Assembly: GCA_037917675.1 (NCBI GenBank)
Contig: JAVCBW010000025.1
Location: 4,550 to 68,549, forward strand
DNA length: 64,000 bases
DNA from: Thermoproteota archaeon
GTDB taxonomy: Archaea > Korarchaeota > Korarchaeia > B14-G2
Direction of reading: 5' to 3'
This document shows, one piece after another, positions 48,105 to 58,838 of this stretch (positions are counted from its first letter, which is position 1; every line of letters starts with the position of its first letter). The notes beneath the pieces are model-generated. The model searched no databases. It was not told where the DNA came from and saw only the letters and a list, made by a program, of their open reading frames with translations. The position numbers and the translations under genes were made by a program.

Positions 48105-50627
48105 TTGGTGGAAGGTTACCTGTTATCCGTATGCTATGACAGAGATCTAGAGGTGGCAGCAGCTAAGCTTTACATTGAGGAGGAAAAACAGGTTAGGATT
48201 GTCCACTTGAACAGAGACCATAGACCCTACCTACTGACCAATGTCCCTCCCGAGAAGCTCAGTAAAATGCCTGAGATAGTTGGGCATAAGGGATTTCTGA
48301 GGGTTGAGAAGGTTATCAAGCATGACATTCTCAGAGACGCTGATGTAGTGCTAACTAAGGTCGTAGCAAAGGATCCTCTTGCCATAGGAGGCAGAGCTGA
48401 AAGCCTTCGAGAGATCATCAAGAGAATTTCACCTGAAGCTAAGGTATGGGAAGCTGATATAAAGTACAGAAACTGCTACATCTATGATAAGCTCCTAATA
48501 CCTGGCATGAGATACAAGCTGGCTGGAGACGGGGAGCTCGAGCTGATAAAGCCTGAAATAAGCAGAGACAGGATAGAGCACATCCTCAGCAGGCTTGAAG
48601 ATAGAGATGATGAGGCGCTCCAAGTTGCAAAGGAGATAGTGACGATTCTTGAGGAGGAAGCTCCAAGCATGGAAGCACTTGCAATGGACATAGAAGTAGA
48701 GACCACGCAGTATAATGTGATACCAGATCCTAAGGAAGCTGAGCAGAGAGTAATTGCTATTGGACTAGCATCGAGCGAGGGTAAGCCTCCTAAGATCCTA
48801 CTGCTAGCAAAAAGCCAAGATCTAGATGAAAGTTACATTGAGCAGAGTAGCATGTTAAGAGAAGCTGAGATAATTACTTATGCCGATGAGAAGACACTGA
48901 TAATGGAGCTTCTTAGAACTCTCGAGAACACACCTCTCTTAGTCACATTCAATGGAACAAACTTCGACCTGCCTTATCTGAGGCATAGAGCACAGAAACT
49001 TGGGATTCCTGAAAGTGATATCCCAATAGTAGCTAAAAGAGATCATTATACTCTTAAGAAGGGAGTTCACATAGATCTTCATAGAGTGTTCAGCAATAAA
49101 TCTCTAAAGAACTATGTGTATGCTGGGAAGTATAGGGAGGTAAGCTTAGATTCGGTTTCACAAGCCCTGCTTGGAGAAAAGAAGAGGACTCCACCTAAGG
49201 AGTTCAAGACAGAAACGATAACAAGAATAGCAGAATACTGTCTCTATGACACACTGCTCACACTTAGGCTCTTCACATATAGGAATAACATGCTACTTAA
49301 GCTTCTGTTCCTGTTCATGAGGATATCGAAGCTTTCAATGGAGGATGTAGCTAATACGGGGATATCTAACTGGATAAAAAATATGATGTACTTTGAGCTT
49401 AGAAGGAGAGGATATCTCATCCCAACGCCGGAAGAAGTGTTGAATAAAGGCAGAACAGTCACCACAGCTAGGATAAAGGGGAAGAAGTATCTTGGGGCTA
49501 TAGTCATAAAGCCTAGGCCTGGTGCTTTCTTCAATGTTGCATGCTTAGACTTTGCTAGCCTGTATCCGAGCATAATAAGAAAGTATAGGATAAGTTTTGA
49601 GACAATAAATTGCCCTCATCACGAATGTAAGAGCAATAGGATACCTGAGGTAAACCACTGGGTCTGCAGGAAAGTAAGGGGGATCTTCCCTCTCATAATA
49701 GGCATACTTAGAGACATAAGAGTTGGATGGTATAAGAGTGCTAGTAAGAATAAGGAGCTTCCAGAAGACAGCAGGCTGTGGTATGAAGCAGTACAGCAGT
49801 CTCTGAAGGTGTTTCTAAACGCCTCCTATGGCGTGAGCGGAGCAGAGACCTATCCGCTGTACTGCCCTCCCGCTGCTGAGAGCATAGCGGCACTTGGTAG
49901 ATATGCCATACAGAGGTCTCTTGAAATAGCTAGTGTAATGGGAGTTAAAGTGCTATATGGAGACACAGATAGCTTATTCATAAAAATCAGGTCAGAAGAA
50001 GATGTGGAGAGGCTTGAGAGAGAGATAGAGTCTAAGCTTGGGATGGATCTCGAGCTTGACAAGATTTACAGATATACTGTGTTCTCAGAGAGAAAAAAGA
50101 ACTATCTTGGAGTTAGTGTGGATGGCGTTGTTGACGTGAAAGGCATGACTGGGAAGAAAAGGAATACGCCCAGGTTTATAAGAGAAGCCTTCCAGCAAGC
50201 CTTAGATGAGCTGAAGAAGGTGAAGACTCCTGAAGAGCTTGAGAGAGCCAAGGCCAGGATAATTGAGATAGTTAAGGATGCAAGAAGAAAGCTCGTTGAA
50301 AGGAAGCTTGCACTTGAGGACCTAGCTTTTGAAGTTATGCTAAGCAAACCCCTTGACAAGTATGAGAAGACTACCCCACAGCATGTCAAAGCAGCTAAGA
50401 TGCTTCAGGAGAGGGGGGAAATCATAGCTACCGGGAAGATAATAGCATATGTGAAGACGAAAACAAGAGAGGGAGTGAAGCCTATAGAGCTAGCAACCAT
50501 CGATGAGATCGATGTAGAGAAGTATGAGGAGTACTTGTTCAGCACATTTGAGCAGCTTCTTGACGCCCTTGGAATAGACTATGAGATACTAAGAGCGAAA
50601 ACAGCTACCTTAGACCAGTTTTTCTAG
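48105..50627 (+). CDS. polB: Family-B DNA polymerase (PolB3-like motif C)
   Basis: Exo I LAMDIEV, motif A DFASLYPSII, motif C VLYGDTDSLFI. 840 aa. Confidence 0.85.
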   Translation: MVEGYLLSVCYDRDLEVAAAKLYIEEEKQVRIVHLNRDHRPYLLTNVPPEKLSKMPEIVGHKGFLRVEKVIKHDILRDADVVLTKVVAKDPLAIGGRAESLREIIKRISPEAKVWEADIKYRNCYIYDKLLIPGMRYKLAGDGELELIKPEISRDRIEHILSRLEDRDDEALQVAKEIVTILEEEAPSMEALAMDIEVETTQYNVIPDPKEAEQRVIAIGLASSEGKPPKILLLAKSQDLDESYIEQSSMLREAEIITYADEKTLIMELLRTLENTPLLVTFNGTNFDLPYLRHRAQKLGIPESDIPIVAKRDHYTLKKGVHIDLHRVFSNKSLKNYVYAGKYREVSLDSVSQALLGEKKRTPPKEFKTETITRIAEYCLYDTLLTLRLFTYRNNMLLKLLFLFMRISKLSMEDVANTGISNWIKNMMYFELRRRGYLIPTPEEVLNKGRTVTTARIKGKKYLGAIVIKPRPGAFFNVACLDFASLYPSIIRKYRISFETINCPHHECKSNRIPEVNHWVCRKVRGIFPLIIGILRDIRVGWYKSASKNKELPEDSRLWYEAVQQSLKVFLNASYGVSGAETYPLYCPPAAESIAALGRYAIQRSLEIASVMGVKVLYGDTDSLFIKIRSEEDVERLEREIESKLGMDLELDKIYRYTVFSERKKNYLGVSVDGVVDVKGMTGKKRNTPRFIREAFQQALDELKKVKTPEELERAKARIIEIVKDARRKLVERKLALEDLAFEVMLSKPLDKYEKTTPQHVKAAKMLQERGEIIATGKIIAYVKTKTREGVKPIELATIDEIDVEKYEEYLFSTFEQLLDALGIDYEILRAKTATLDQFF

Positions 50628-51058
50628 CGTACTCCTATGGGTATGTAGGGCTCCTTTATGCTCCTCTCCTCCCGCTTCCTAAACTTTATTCCATACTGTA
50701 TTATCCCACTTTTTCCATTAACCCTAACTTTCCTGAAGCAAGCCTCTAGCTCCATACCTACTCTCAGCTCACTTGGAGGAATATCAGTTATCTGACCAAT
50801 AACTTTGACACCATCTATCTCCACAAGGCCTATAGCATATGGTGTCTGCAGCTCAAATCCCTTTGGTGGGAAGTAAATGACGCTGTAACTTATCAGCTTA
50901 CCCCTCCTTGGAAGCTTTATCCTCTTCATCTCTTTAGACTTACAGTTTGGGCAGATAATCCTTGGAGGATAAAACTTGCTACCACATTTCTCACATAAGG
51001 ATGCTTCCAGCCTATACCTGTAAGGTATTTCTCTCCAGTATCTTGGAGCCGAGGACAT
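50624..51058 (-). CDS. DUF35 OB-fold/zinc-ribbon protein (scaffold subunit of the thiolase/HMGCS complex)
   Basis: CEKCG..CPNCK ribbon plus an OB fold. Position in the operon. Confidence 0.7.
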   Translation of the reverse strand: MSSAPRYWREIPYRYRLEASLCEKCGSKFYPPRIICPNCKSKEMKRIKLPRRGKLISYSVIYFPPKGFELQTPYAIGLVEIDGVKVIGQITDIPPSELRVGMELEACFRKVRVNGKSGIIQYGIKFRKREERSIKEPYIPIGVR

Positions 51059-52221
51059 TAGCCTCCCCTCTCAAAGACTATAGCAGCTGCATTTGAAGCA
51101 ACTCCGCCTACACTTACCATGAGAGCTCGGCTTGGGCTGTCAACTTGGAGGCTGCCTGCCTCGCCTATCAGCTGCAGGGAAAGCTCAGCTGCCTGGTATA
51201 CTCCAGTAGCTCCTATTGGATGACCTCGGGCTTTAAGTCCACCGCTTAAATTTACAGGGATCCTTCCATCAGGCTCAAGGTCTCTGCTCTCAACGAGTTT
51301 ATAAGCTTCTCCTCTCTTAGCTAGATTTAGCGCCTCCATTATCATGAATGCCATGAATGGAAATGAGTCATGTAACTCTGCAACGTCTATGTCGTCTATC
51401 GAGCAGTTGGCCATTTGAAAGGCTCTTTCAGCTGCCTTGCTTACTGCCTTCAAAAAGAGAGGGTCCTCTCTGTCCTTTATGCTTATGGCATCAGTTGCCT
51501 GACCTAGCCCTCTTATGAAAACAGGGGTATCAACCACCTTCTTAGCCTCCTTCACATTAGTGATTACGAGAGCAGCAGCACCGTCTCCTACAGGAGAGCA
51601 GTCAAGTAGTCTTATTGGATCAGCTACCAGTGGAGAATTTAGGTACTGTTCTACTGTCACAGGGAACCTAAGCTGAGCATATGGATTTTTTATTGCATTT
51701 TGATGCATAAGAGAGACAAATTCTCCAAACGCCTCCCTCTTCACTCCATACTTCTCCATGTACATTCTCATCAATAGAGCGTTTGCAGCCTGAAATGTCA
51801 CCCCATAAAACTTCTCATATTCTGCATCTAGGCAGCAGGATATTACATCAGTCACCTCGGTTGAAACTAGCTCACTCATCTTCTCAACTCCAACCAGGAG
51901 GACGGTATCATATATCCCTGAGGAAACAGCTGCAGTAGCCTGAATGAGCGCTACAGCTCCGGAGGCACAGGAGGCCTCTACCTTGACTGCTGGAGCTGGC
52001 GTTAAGGCCAGATAGTCTGCTATGAGGTCAGCTAGGCTCTCCTGATCACAGAATAGCTCAGAAGCCATATTGGATACATATATGGCATCTATCGTGGGGT
52101 TTCCTGCATCATCTAGCGCTTTAAGGCCTGCTTCTACTGCTAGCTCTCTTATAGACTTACTCCAGTGCATTCCTACCTTAATCATGCCTAGCCCTACTAT
52201 GGCAGCTAATCCTCTACCCAA
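51058..52221 (-). CDS. Acetyl-CoA C-acetyltransferase (archaeal thiolase)
   Basis: Thiolase-fold pattern. 387 aa. Co-located with HMGCS and DUF35. Confidence 0.75.
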   Translation of the reverse strand: MGRGLAAIVGLGMIKVGMHWSKSIRELAVEAGLKALDDAGNPTIDAIYVSNMASELFCDQESLADLIADYLALTPAPAVKVEASCASGAVALIQATAAVSSGIYDTVLLVGVEKMSELVSTEVTDVISCCLDAEYEKFYGVTFQAANALLMRMYMEKYGVKREAFGEFVSLMHQNAIKNPYAQLRFPVTVEQYLNSPLVADPIRLLDCSPVGDGAAALVITNVKEAKKVVDTPVFIRGLGQATDAISIKDREDPLFLKAVSKAAERAFQMANCSIDDIDVAELHDSFPFMAFMIMEALNLAKRGEAYKLVESRDLEPDGRIPVNLSGGLKARGHPIGATGVYQAAELSLQLIGEAGSLQVDSPSRALMVSVGGVASNAAAIVFERGG

Positions 52222-53296
52222 TGTTACCCACCTTGTCTGATGGAAGTATGAACTTCCCTCTATGCTTTCCGTATACTGCGTAGGATACGCATCTCCTCCT
52301 TTCTATCAGGTCAGAAACAAGTGGGGCAAAGCTCTTCTTCTCTTCTATAAGCTCTGTTACAAGGATATCAAAGGCATCACTTCCAGCTCCAGACCCATAT
52401 GATACGAGGAGCACACGCTCACCTGGGCTAGCATGGTCAAGAACATTGCATAGCCCTATGAGAGCTGAGGCACTATAGGTGTTTCCTATCCTGTCTACAA
52501 CTAGGCCATACTGCATTTGCTCCCTGCGGAAACCAAGTATGCTTCCTACCTTAACTGGGAATCTACCATTAGGTTGATGGAATATAACATGCTCATAGTC
52601 TCTTGGAGTAGCTCCAATCTCCTCCATTAGAGCCTTAGCTGCGCTTATGATATGGTGGAAATATGCGGGCTCTCCTGTAAAGGCTTCAGCATGACGGGGA
52701 TATGGCTCAAACGGCCGCCTCCAGAAGTCAGGAGTGTCAGTTACATATGATACTGATGCGGTTATTATGGCAGCTGACTCAGCTTCCGGCCCAACTACTA
52801 TAGCAGCGCTCCCTGCTGCAGCAGAGAACTCTAGGTCATCTCCAGGAGCGCCTTGCGCTGTATCCACCCCTATCGCCATGCCATAATTTATCATCCCTGA
52901 TGAAACTAATGCCATACAACACTGGACAGCTTCAGTGCCTGCCTTACACGCAAACTCGAAGTCTGCAGCTAGCACCCTTGGAGTAGCACCCACAGCCTCT
53001 GCTACTATCGTGCTTGTTGGCTTAACAGCATAGGGTTTGGACTCTGTTCCAACGAATACTGCACCTAGTAGAGAGGGATCTATTCCAGCTCTCTGGACTG
53101 CATAGTGTGCTGCCTCAACTGCCATAGTTGCAGTGTCTTCATCTATGTTCGGGACAGATTTTTCAAGTATCCTTATGCTCTTCTTCACTTTCTCCTTAGG
53201 TTTGCCCCATATGTCTGCAATCTCCTCTATCTTGATCCTAAGCCGAGGAACATATGCTCCCCAACCTACAATGCCGACTTTCCTAGCTGGCTTCAT
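52214..53296 (-). CDS. Hydroxymethylglutaryl-CoA synthase (archaeal type)
   Basis: Archaeal HMGCS pattern with a Cys-His-Asn triad layout (FEFACKAG..). 360 aa. Confidence 0.75.
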   Translation of the reverse strand: MKPARKVGIVGWGAYVPRLRIKIEEIADIWGKPKEKVKKSIRILEKSVPNIDEDTATMAVEAAHYAVQRAGIDPSLLGAVFVGTESKPYAVKPTSTIVAEAVGATPRVLAADFEFACKAGTEAVQCCMALVSSGMINYGMAIGVDTAQGAPGDDLEFSAAAGSAAIVVGPEAESAAIITASVSYVTDTPDFWRRPFEPYPRHAEAFTGEPAYFHHIISAAKALMEEIGATPRDYEHVIFHQPNGRFPVKVGSILGFRREQMQYGLVVDRIGNTYSASALIGLCNVLDHASPGERVLLVSYGSGAGSDAFDILVTELIEEKKSFAPLVSDLIERRRCVSYAVYGKHRGKFILPSDKVGNIG

Positions 53297-53443
53297 CTTA
53301 ATTCCCCGCTTAGCTTAGTGTAAGCCCTATAGAACCGCTGGAAAACGCTGGTATAGTTGCAATAGTTTAGTTACCCTGCTATCAGTTAGCTTTAAACTTT
53401 ACCATATGCCAAAATATTATATGTTGATAGGCGAACATCAGCT

Positions 53444-54172
53444 TTAGGTGACTAGGAGCTTACGTAGCGCACTGACAAGCTCAGCCACAGAAGGTAGCCT
53501 TGAGATTATCAGAGGAACACCCATGAGCTCCGTTAGCTCTATTGCCAGGTCGTCTGCTCTAGAAGCCCCGTGTACAACCAGCGCTCCAGGTTTTACATTA
53601 AACACCTTTATGGCAACAGCAAGTGTCCGCCCTCCAGTCTGCCTAGCATTGGTGAAAATCAATGCTCTCTGCGTCGTGACTCCGAATATGTTATAGAAGT
53701 CTTGACCTGAAAGCTCTCTAATAGCTTTGAGCGCATCTACTATCGTATATCCATATACGTGGCCATTTAGAGCACTCTTGCATGAGTATACATCTCCTGA
53801 TATGATTTCAACTAGCTTCGATATTTTAACTGGGTGAGAGAACTCCTTCATGTCGATCACAGAGGATGGAAGAGGTATAGGGGTCAATGTTTTTGCTAAT
53901 AACCGGGTTACATGGCCTCCTGACTTGAGATCTGCCTCTATTAATGCGTTCACAAATCTCTTCAGCACATAGGTTCCAGGGCTCTTCCTTCTCCCAGACT
54001 CATAGTCTGATATGACTGAGGGAGATATCTCAAGTTGCTCAGCCAGCTTACTCTGCTGTATCCCAAAGTACTCTCTCCACCTTCTCATAGCCTTTCCTGG
54101 GCTATCAGACATCACTATGTCTCCAATTATCTTCCTAGCTACATAGTCACGGAGAACCTCTATGGAAGACAT
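53444..54172 (-). CDS. HTH (XRE-type) transcriptional regulator with C-terminal domain of unknown function
   Basis: HTH segment QSKLAEQLEISPSVISDYESGRR. Confidence 0.5.
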   Translation of the reverse strand: MSSIEVLRDYVARKIIGDIVMSDSPGKAMRRWREYFGIQQSKLAEQLEISPSVISDYESGRRKSPGTYVLKRFVNALIEADLKSGGHVTRLLAKTLTPIPLPSSVIDMKEFSHPVKISKLVEIISGDVYSCKSALNGHVYGYTIVDALKAIRELSGQDFYNIFGVTTQRALIFTNARQTGGRTLAVAIKVFNVKPGALVVHGASRADDLAIELTELMGVPLIISRLPSVAELVSALRKLLVT

Positions 54173-54307
54173 GTTGTCCTTATTTAGGCTTACGTCGAAT
54201 TAATAACTGTTTCGTATCATAGCCAAATATAGTGGAGTTTATAGTAGTAAAGATAACTTGATGCTCTCTTATTAGAGAGCCTGTAAGATAACCTATTTAA
54301 GGCATGT

Positions 54308-54915
54308 ATGGGAGGAAGGCTTGGTAGATCCTTGGGAGCCCATGATAGGATATATTTCCCGGTAAGTGAGGTGTTTAGGCTGGTGATAGCCTTTATACGA
54401 AGGAGGTTTCGCAGAGTACTGCTAGCGGTGAGTGGAATAATGCTTTCGATCGCATTCTACACGACGCTTGCCCTTACAGCTATAGTAGTGAGGGGAGATG
54501 TAAGCATGTTGAAAGACTACTACATATGGATGCTCATCTTATCTATTCTCGTGGCTGGAGCAGGGATAATGAACTCGGTATTTATGGCTGTTGTAGAGAG
54601 AACTAGGGAGATAGGGGCGATGAAGTGTCTTGGTGCGCTGTATAGGCATATCCTCGAGATTTTCCTAATGGAGAGCGCATTACTAGGATTTATGGTGGAA
54701 TTTTGGGGTATGTTCTCGGGGTATTCGCAACGATAGCTTTAACATCAAAGACTCTGAGTGCTACAGCAGCATTTGAGATCCCAGGTGGATCTATGCTAGC
54801 ATTATTCGCTCAAGCCGAAGCCATATCTATTGGATTATCAGTTTTAGCTGCAGCATACCCAGCTTATAGGGCAGCTAAGCTAGATCCTGTAGAGGCTCTA
54901 AGGTTCGTCATATAG
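54308..54915 (+). pseudogene. FtsX/MacB-type ABC permease remnant (C-terminal domain only, frameshifted)
   Basis: Two consecutive ORFs in different frames together make up only the final FtsX transmembrane helices 2-4 (..ERTREIGAMKCLGA.. / ..AAYPAYRAAKLDPVEALR). The N-terminal half is absent. Confidence 0.5.
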
Positions 54916-54935
54916 GGGAGTGTTAGTGGCTAGCG

Positions 54936-55671
54936 AGAAGTTGATTATACACGGTAGAGACTGAAGAGCTGAAGAAGTACTATAAGATGGGACCAGAGAC
55001 GGTGAAGGCGCTCGATGGAGTGAATCTCAGGGTTGTAAGGGAGGTACGTGAGTATAATGGGTCCTAGCGGGTCAGGTAAGACCACGTTCTTCAACATGAT
55101 CGGTGGGCTTGATAAGCCAACTGCAGGCAAAGTCTACGTAGATGAAGTAGACATATCGAAGCTAGATGCATATGAACTCGCATGGCTGAGGTGTAGGAAG
55201 ATCGGGTACATCTTCCAGACATTCAATTTGATCCCAGTGATGACAGCACTAGAGAATGTCATGCTTCCAATGATATTTGCTGGCATAGACGCGGAGGAGA
55301 GGAAGAGGAGGGCTATAGAGCTCTTGAGAAGAGTTGGTTTAGGCGACAGGCTCGAGCATAAACCTGTTAAGCTATCAGGAGGACAGCAGCGTGTAGCTAT
55401 AGCTAGAGCCCTAGCAAACAACCCAGCTATCATGCTTGCAGATGAGCCTACTGCAAACCTAGATCTAGAGACTGGACGTAGCATAACAATGCTTCTGCAC
55501 AAGCTAAATAGTGGGAAGAGAGTGACTGTAATGGCTGCAACACATGATCTTAAGATGATAGATGTAAGTGATAGAATAGTGTGGCTCAGAGATGGGAAGA
55601 TAAGGAAGGTGGAGAAGAGAAAGGAGGTGTCGCTTAGAGTCTATAGGATTGAGGAAGCTAAGCGGCTATAA
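54936..55671 (+). pseudogene. ABC transporter ATP-binding protein (MacB/LolD-like) with N-terminal frameshifts
   Basis: Walker A GPSGSGKTT, signature LSGGQQQRV-like LSGGQQRVAIAR, Walker B MLADEPT. The N-terminal 40 aa lie in two other frames (EKLIIHGRD / VETEELKKYYKMGPETVKALDGVNLRVVRE). Confidence 0.55.
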
Positions 55672-56067
55672 AGTGGATGCTAACAGCTCCTTTACCACTT
55701 TGTGGTAAGCCGTGTCCTCTTCTATGACTTCTGTATATCTCTTGGTTATCCTGGCAAGTAGCACAGCTAGGATATGATAGCAGAAGGAAGTGCTTCTGTT
55801 CACTATCACGCTTATAAGATGATCTTCACACGAGCAATAGCAGTATGGTATGACTAGATACTCTCTTTCCCTCCCAACTACGCACCATATGGAGTCTCTG
55901 CTCGGGATGAAAACGTATCTTTTGACCTTCCCTTGTGAAACAGCTTCTAAAGCCCTCTTAGCCCTGCTTCCATACATGCTAGCTATAGTTTTAATAGCAT
56001 CCTCCTCAGAGACTGTGGATAGTCTTTGATAGAGCAGAAGAGCTGTCTGAGCTATCATAGATGCCAT
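55666..56067 (-). CDS. SWIM-type zinc-finger protein (hypothetical)
   Basis: CYCSC...H...CYH pattern. Confidence 0.4.
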   Translation of the reverse strand: MASMIAQTALLLYQRLSTVSEEDAIKTIASMYGSRAKRALEAVSQGKVKRYVFIPSRDSIWCVVGREREYLVIPYCYCSCEDHLISVIVNRSTSFCYHILAVLLARITKRYTEVIEEDTAYHKVVKELLASTL

Positions 56068-56778
56068 GAGAACACCCGAGTATACTCCAGTGAAGAGGAG
56101 GAGATACTGATAGTAAGGTGGCTGCCGGGGCTACTGGTTAGACTTGGAGTTATTAGGATTCTGGTAGTTGGAGACCTACATATTGGATTTGAGAGAGAGC
56201 TTGCCATGCGGGGGATACACCCGATCTCACAATGGAAGAGGTTCCTTAACAACATAGCTATGGCAGGTATGAAGCTAAGAACCAATACTCTGGTTATATT
56301 AGGTGATTTAAAGCATGACGTCATTGGAGGGGGAAGAAGAGAGCTAGCTGAAGCAAGTATGCTTCTCAGGAAGCTAAAGGTGGTCTTCGAGAGGATAATT
56401 GTCACACGAGGAAACCATGATAGCTTGTTACGTGATGCATTGGAAGATATGGGGGTAGATGAAATCGAGTTTAAGGAAGCTAGAGGCTTCTCAGCCAGGA
56501 GCATATACTTTATGCATGGGCACGCTATTCCAGGAGATGAAGTCGCTAGGAGTAAGGTGGTTCTGTTAGCACATGCACATCCAGTCTTACCAGGCATGAG
56601 AAGTAGGGTTCTGGTAAAGGGAGATGTTCAGTTGGCAGGTAATAGAGCGTGCTTCTTTATAATACCTGCGATGAGCTACCTTGTGCCCGGGCTGGACTAC
56701 AGAAGAGCTATCGACACCATCCCGCTGCTTAGGAGAAATAGGGCTTTGATAACAGATGCATATACCATAGAGGGATAG
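56026..56778 (+). CDS. Calcineurin-like metallophosphoesterase (ICC/Mre11-like fold)
   Basis: GDLHIG, GDL.HD, GNHD and MHGH motifs. The true start is probably downstream of 56026. Confidence 0.65.
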   Translation: MIEQKSCLSYHRCHENTRVYSSEEEEILIVRWLPGLLVRLGVIRILVVGDLHIGFERELAMRGIHPISQWKRFLNNIAMAGMKLRTNTLVILGDLKHDVIGGGRRELAEASMLLRKLKVVFERIIVTRGNHDSLLRDALEDMGVDEIEFKEARGFSARSIYFMHGHAIPGDEVARSKVVLLAHAHPVLPGMRSRVLVKGDVQLAGNRACFFIIPAMSYLVPGLDYRRAIDTIPLLRRNRALITDAYTIEG

Positions 56779-56780
56779 AC

Positions 56781-58187
56781 TTGTGGGATGTAGTTATTGT
56801 GGGATCTGGTCCTACAGGGATATTTACAGCATATGAGCTTGTAACAAGATCTGATAAGCTTAAGATAGCTATCCTGGAGAGAGGTAGAGATCTTAATAAG
56901 AGAGCGTGTCCGATGTTCTTAGGAGAAAGATGCAAGAGATGTAAGCCCTGCCACATGGTCTCTGGCTATGGGGGGGCTGGAGCTTTCTCTGATGGCAAGC
57001 TTAACTTATCCCCTGATGTGGGAGGGAGGCTTCTAGAGTACATTGGACGAAGGGAGCTGACTGAGCTCATAAGATATGTGGATAGCATTTACATCAAGTT
57101 CGGTGCACCTACTGAGCTCTATGGGACAGATACTGATAGAATAGAGCAACTTAGGAGAGAGGCATTAAGGGAAAACTTGAGGCTACTAGTGTTTCCAGTA
57201 AGACATATGGGAGAGAAAAGTAGGGATGTCTTAGAGAACCTCAAGAAGTATCTTGAAAACAAGGGGGTTGAGTTCTACTTTGAGACAGACGCAAAGGATG
57301 TAATAGTTGGTGGAGGAAAAGTAGAGGGAGTCGTGTCATCTGATGGAGAAGAGTTTAGATCAAGATATGTCGTCTTAGCACCAGGAAGATCAGGAGCATC
57401 TTGGCTTAGAAGGGTAGCGAAGAAGCTTGGGATAGAGGTCTATAATGATACTGTCGATATTGGAGTTAGAGTCGAGGTACCAGCTGAGATCATGGAACCC
57501 TACACGAGTGTACTCTATGAGCCAAAATTCATATATTACACTAAGTCTTTCGATGACAAAGTGAGAACTTTCTGTGTTTGTCCTCATGGTGAAGTCATCA
57601 CAGAGGTCCATGATGGAGTAGTGACAGTTAATGGGCAGAGCAGAACAGATAACATGACGAAGAGCACAAACTTTGCCGTGTTGGTTAGCACTAGATTTAC
57701 AGAGCCATTTAGAGACCCCATTTCATATGCTCTCGACATCGCAAGGCTAGCCAACAACATAGCAGGGAATAGGCCGATAATACAGAGGCTTGGAGACCTT
57801 TTAAGAGGGAGGAGGTCAACATACGAGAGAATAGAGAGAAGCATAGTTATTAGGACGCTTGAAGACGTCACACCAGGAGACTTAAGCTATGTCCTTCCAT
57901 ATAGATACCTTAGGAATATAATTGAGATGTTAGAGCAACTTAACAAGGTGATGCCAGGAGTCTATTCAGATCATACACTCCTATATGGAGTTGAGATAAA
58001 ACTATACTCATCTAGCTTAAAGCTGAAGAGTACTCTTGAGACCGAGATCAGAAACCTCTATGCCGGCGGAGATGGGGCAGGAGTGTCTAGGGGGCTTGTC
58101 CAAGCTTCAGCTTCAGGAGTCATAATAGCTAGGTCGATCCTGGAGAAAGAAGGCTATACTCAACCTAATGGGGGCGCTGGGATTTGA
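56781..58187 (+). CDS. FAD-dependent dehydrogenase (COG2509-like)
   Basis: N-terminal VVIVGSGPTG Rossmann motif and a CxRCxPC Cys motif. 468 aa. Confidence 0.6.
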   Translation: MWDVVIVGSGPTGIFTAYELVTRSDKLKIAILERGRDLNKRACPMFLGERCKRCKPCHMVSGYGGAGAFSDGKLNLSPDVGGRLLEYIGRRELTELIRYVDSIYIKFGAPTELYGTDTDRIEQLRREALRENLRLLVFPVRHMGEKSRDVLENLKKYLENKGVEFYFETDAKDVIVGGGKVEGVVSSDGEEFRSRYVVLAPGRSGASWLRRVAKKLGIEVYNDTVDIGVRVEVPAEIMEPYTSVLYEPKFIYYTKSFDDKVRTFCVCPHGEVITEVHDGVVTVNGQSRTDNMTKSTNFAVLVSTRFTEPFRDPISYALDIARLANNIAGNRPIIQRLGDLLRGRRSTYERIERSIVIRTLEDVTPGDLSYVLPYRYLRNIIEMLEQLNKVMPGVYSDHTLLYGVEIKLYSSSLKLKSTLETEIRNLYAGGDGAGVSRGLVQASASGVIIARSILEKEGYTQPNGGAGI

Positions 58188-58257
58188 ACCCAGGTCTCCA
58201 GCTCCCGAGGCTGGAAGGATAGGCCACTGTAGCTAGAGGTAGCTACCCCACGCCCCC
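58169..58257 (-). tRNA. tRNA-Pro (anticodon CGG) with non-canonical intron in D-arm
   Basis: Acceptor GGGGGCG/CGCCCCC plus A. Anticodon arm CCAGC-CUCGGGA-GCUGG. T-arm CTGGGTTCAAATCCCAG. An extra palindromic hairpin of about 16 nt (TAGCTACCTCTAGCTA) sits in the D region. Confidence 0.6.
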
Positions 58258-58316
58258 AGGATAGCGTGCTGCTTATAGGTATAAAAGCTTCTCACAGCAG
58301 CCTGCTCTACTGTGGG

Positions 58317-58838
58317 TTAAAGCTGTAGGAGATGAGACTTCAAGCTTACAAACTCCTTCCTCAAATCCTCTGCTATAGTGCTTAGAGAGGAGGAAATCAC
58401 CTTTGTGTCTGCTATGACTGGCATGAAATTTGTGTCACCAGCCCATCTCGGTACTATGTGGACATGGAGGTGGTCTTCAATACCTGCTCCAGCAAGCCTC
58501 CCGAGATTTAGCCCTATGTTGAAGCCATCAGGGCGATACTTCTTTGAGAGTATTCTGACAGATTCCCTAATTAGCCTCCACATAGACTTTACTTCGTCAT
58601 AGGATAATGACAAGAGATCGCTGATATGTCTTGTTGGAGCGACCATTAGATGACCAGGATTATATGGATACTTGTTTATGATGACTAGCGCGTGCTCATC
58701 GATGTAGAGAAGCAAACTTTTATCTCCGCTTTTAGCAGCTGCATCACAGAAGATGCAGCCTCTATCTATACCTCTACTTATCTCCTCTATGTATTGTCTC
58801 CTCCAAGGAGCCCATAGCCTCTTAATCAAGCCCCCCAC
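58317..58838 (-). CDS. HIT-family (histidine triad) nucleotide hydrolase/transferase
   Basis: HIT motif DHLHVHIVPR. Confidence 0.65.
   Translation of the reverse strand: MGGLIKRLWAPWRRQYIEEISRGIDRGCIFCDAAAKSGDKSLLLYIDEHALVIINKYPYNPGHLMVAPTRHISDLLSLSYDEVKSMWRLIRESVRILSKKYRPDGFNIGLNLGRLAGAGIEDHLHVHIVPRWAGDTNFMPVIADTKVISSSLSTIAEDLRKEFVSLKSHLLQL

Noticed and set aside
58169-58187. Overlap of the FAD-dehydrogenase 3' end with tRNA-Pro
   Set aside because: It is a short opposite-strand overlap (about 19 nt) and is tolerated. It is not evidence against either feature.
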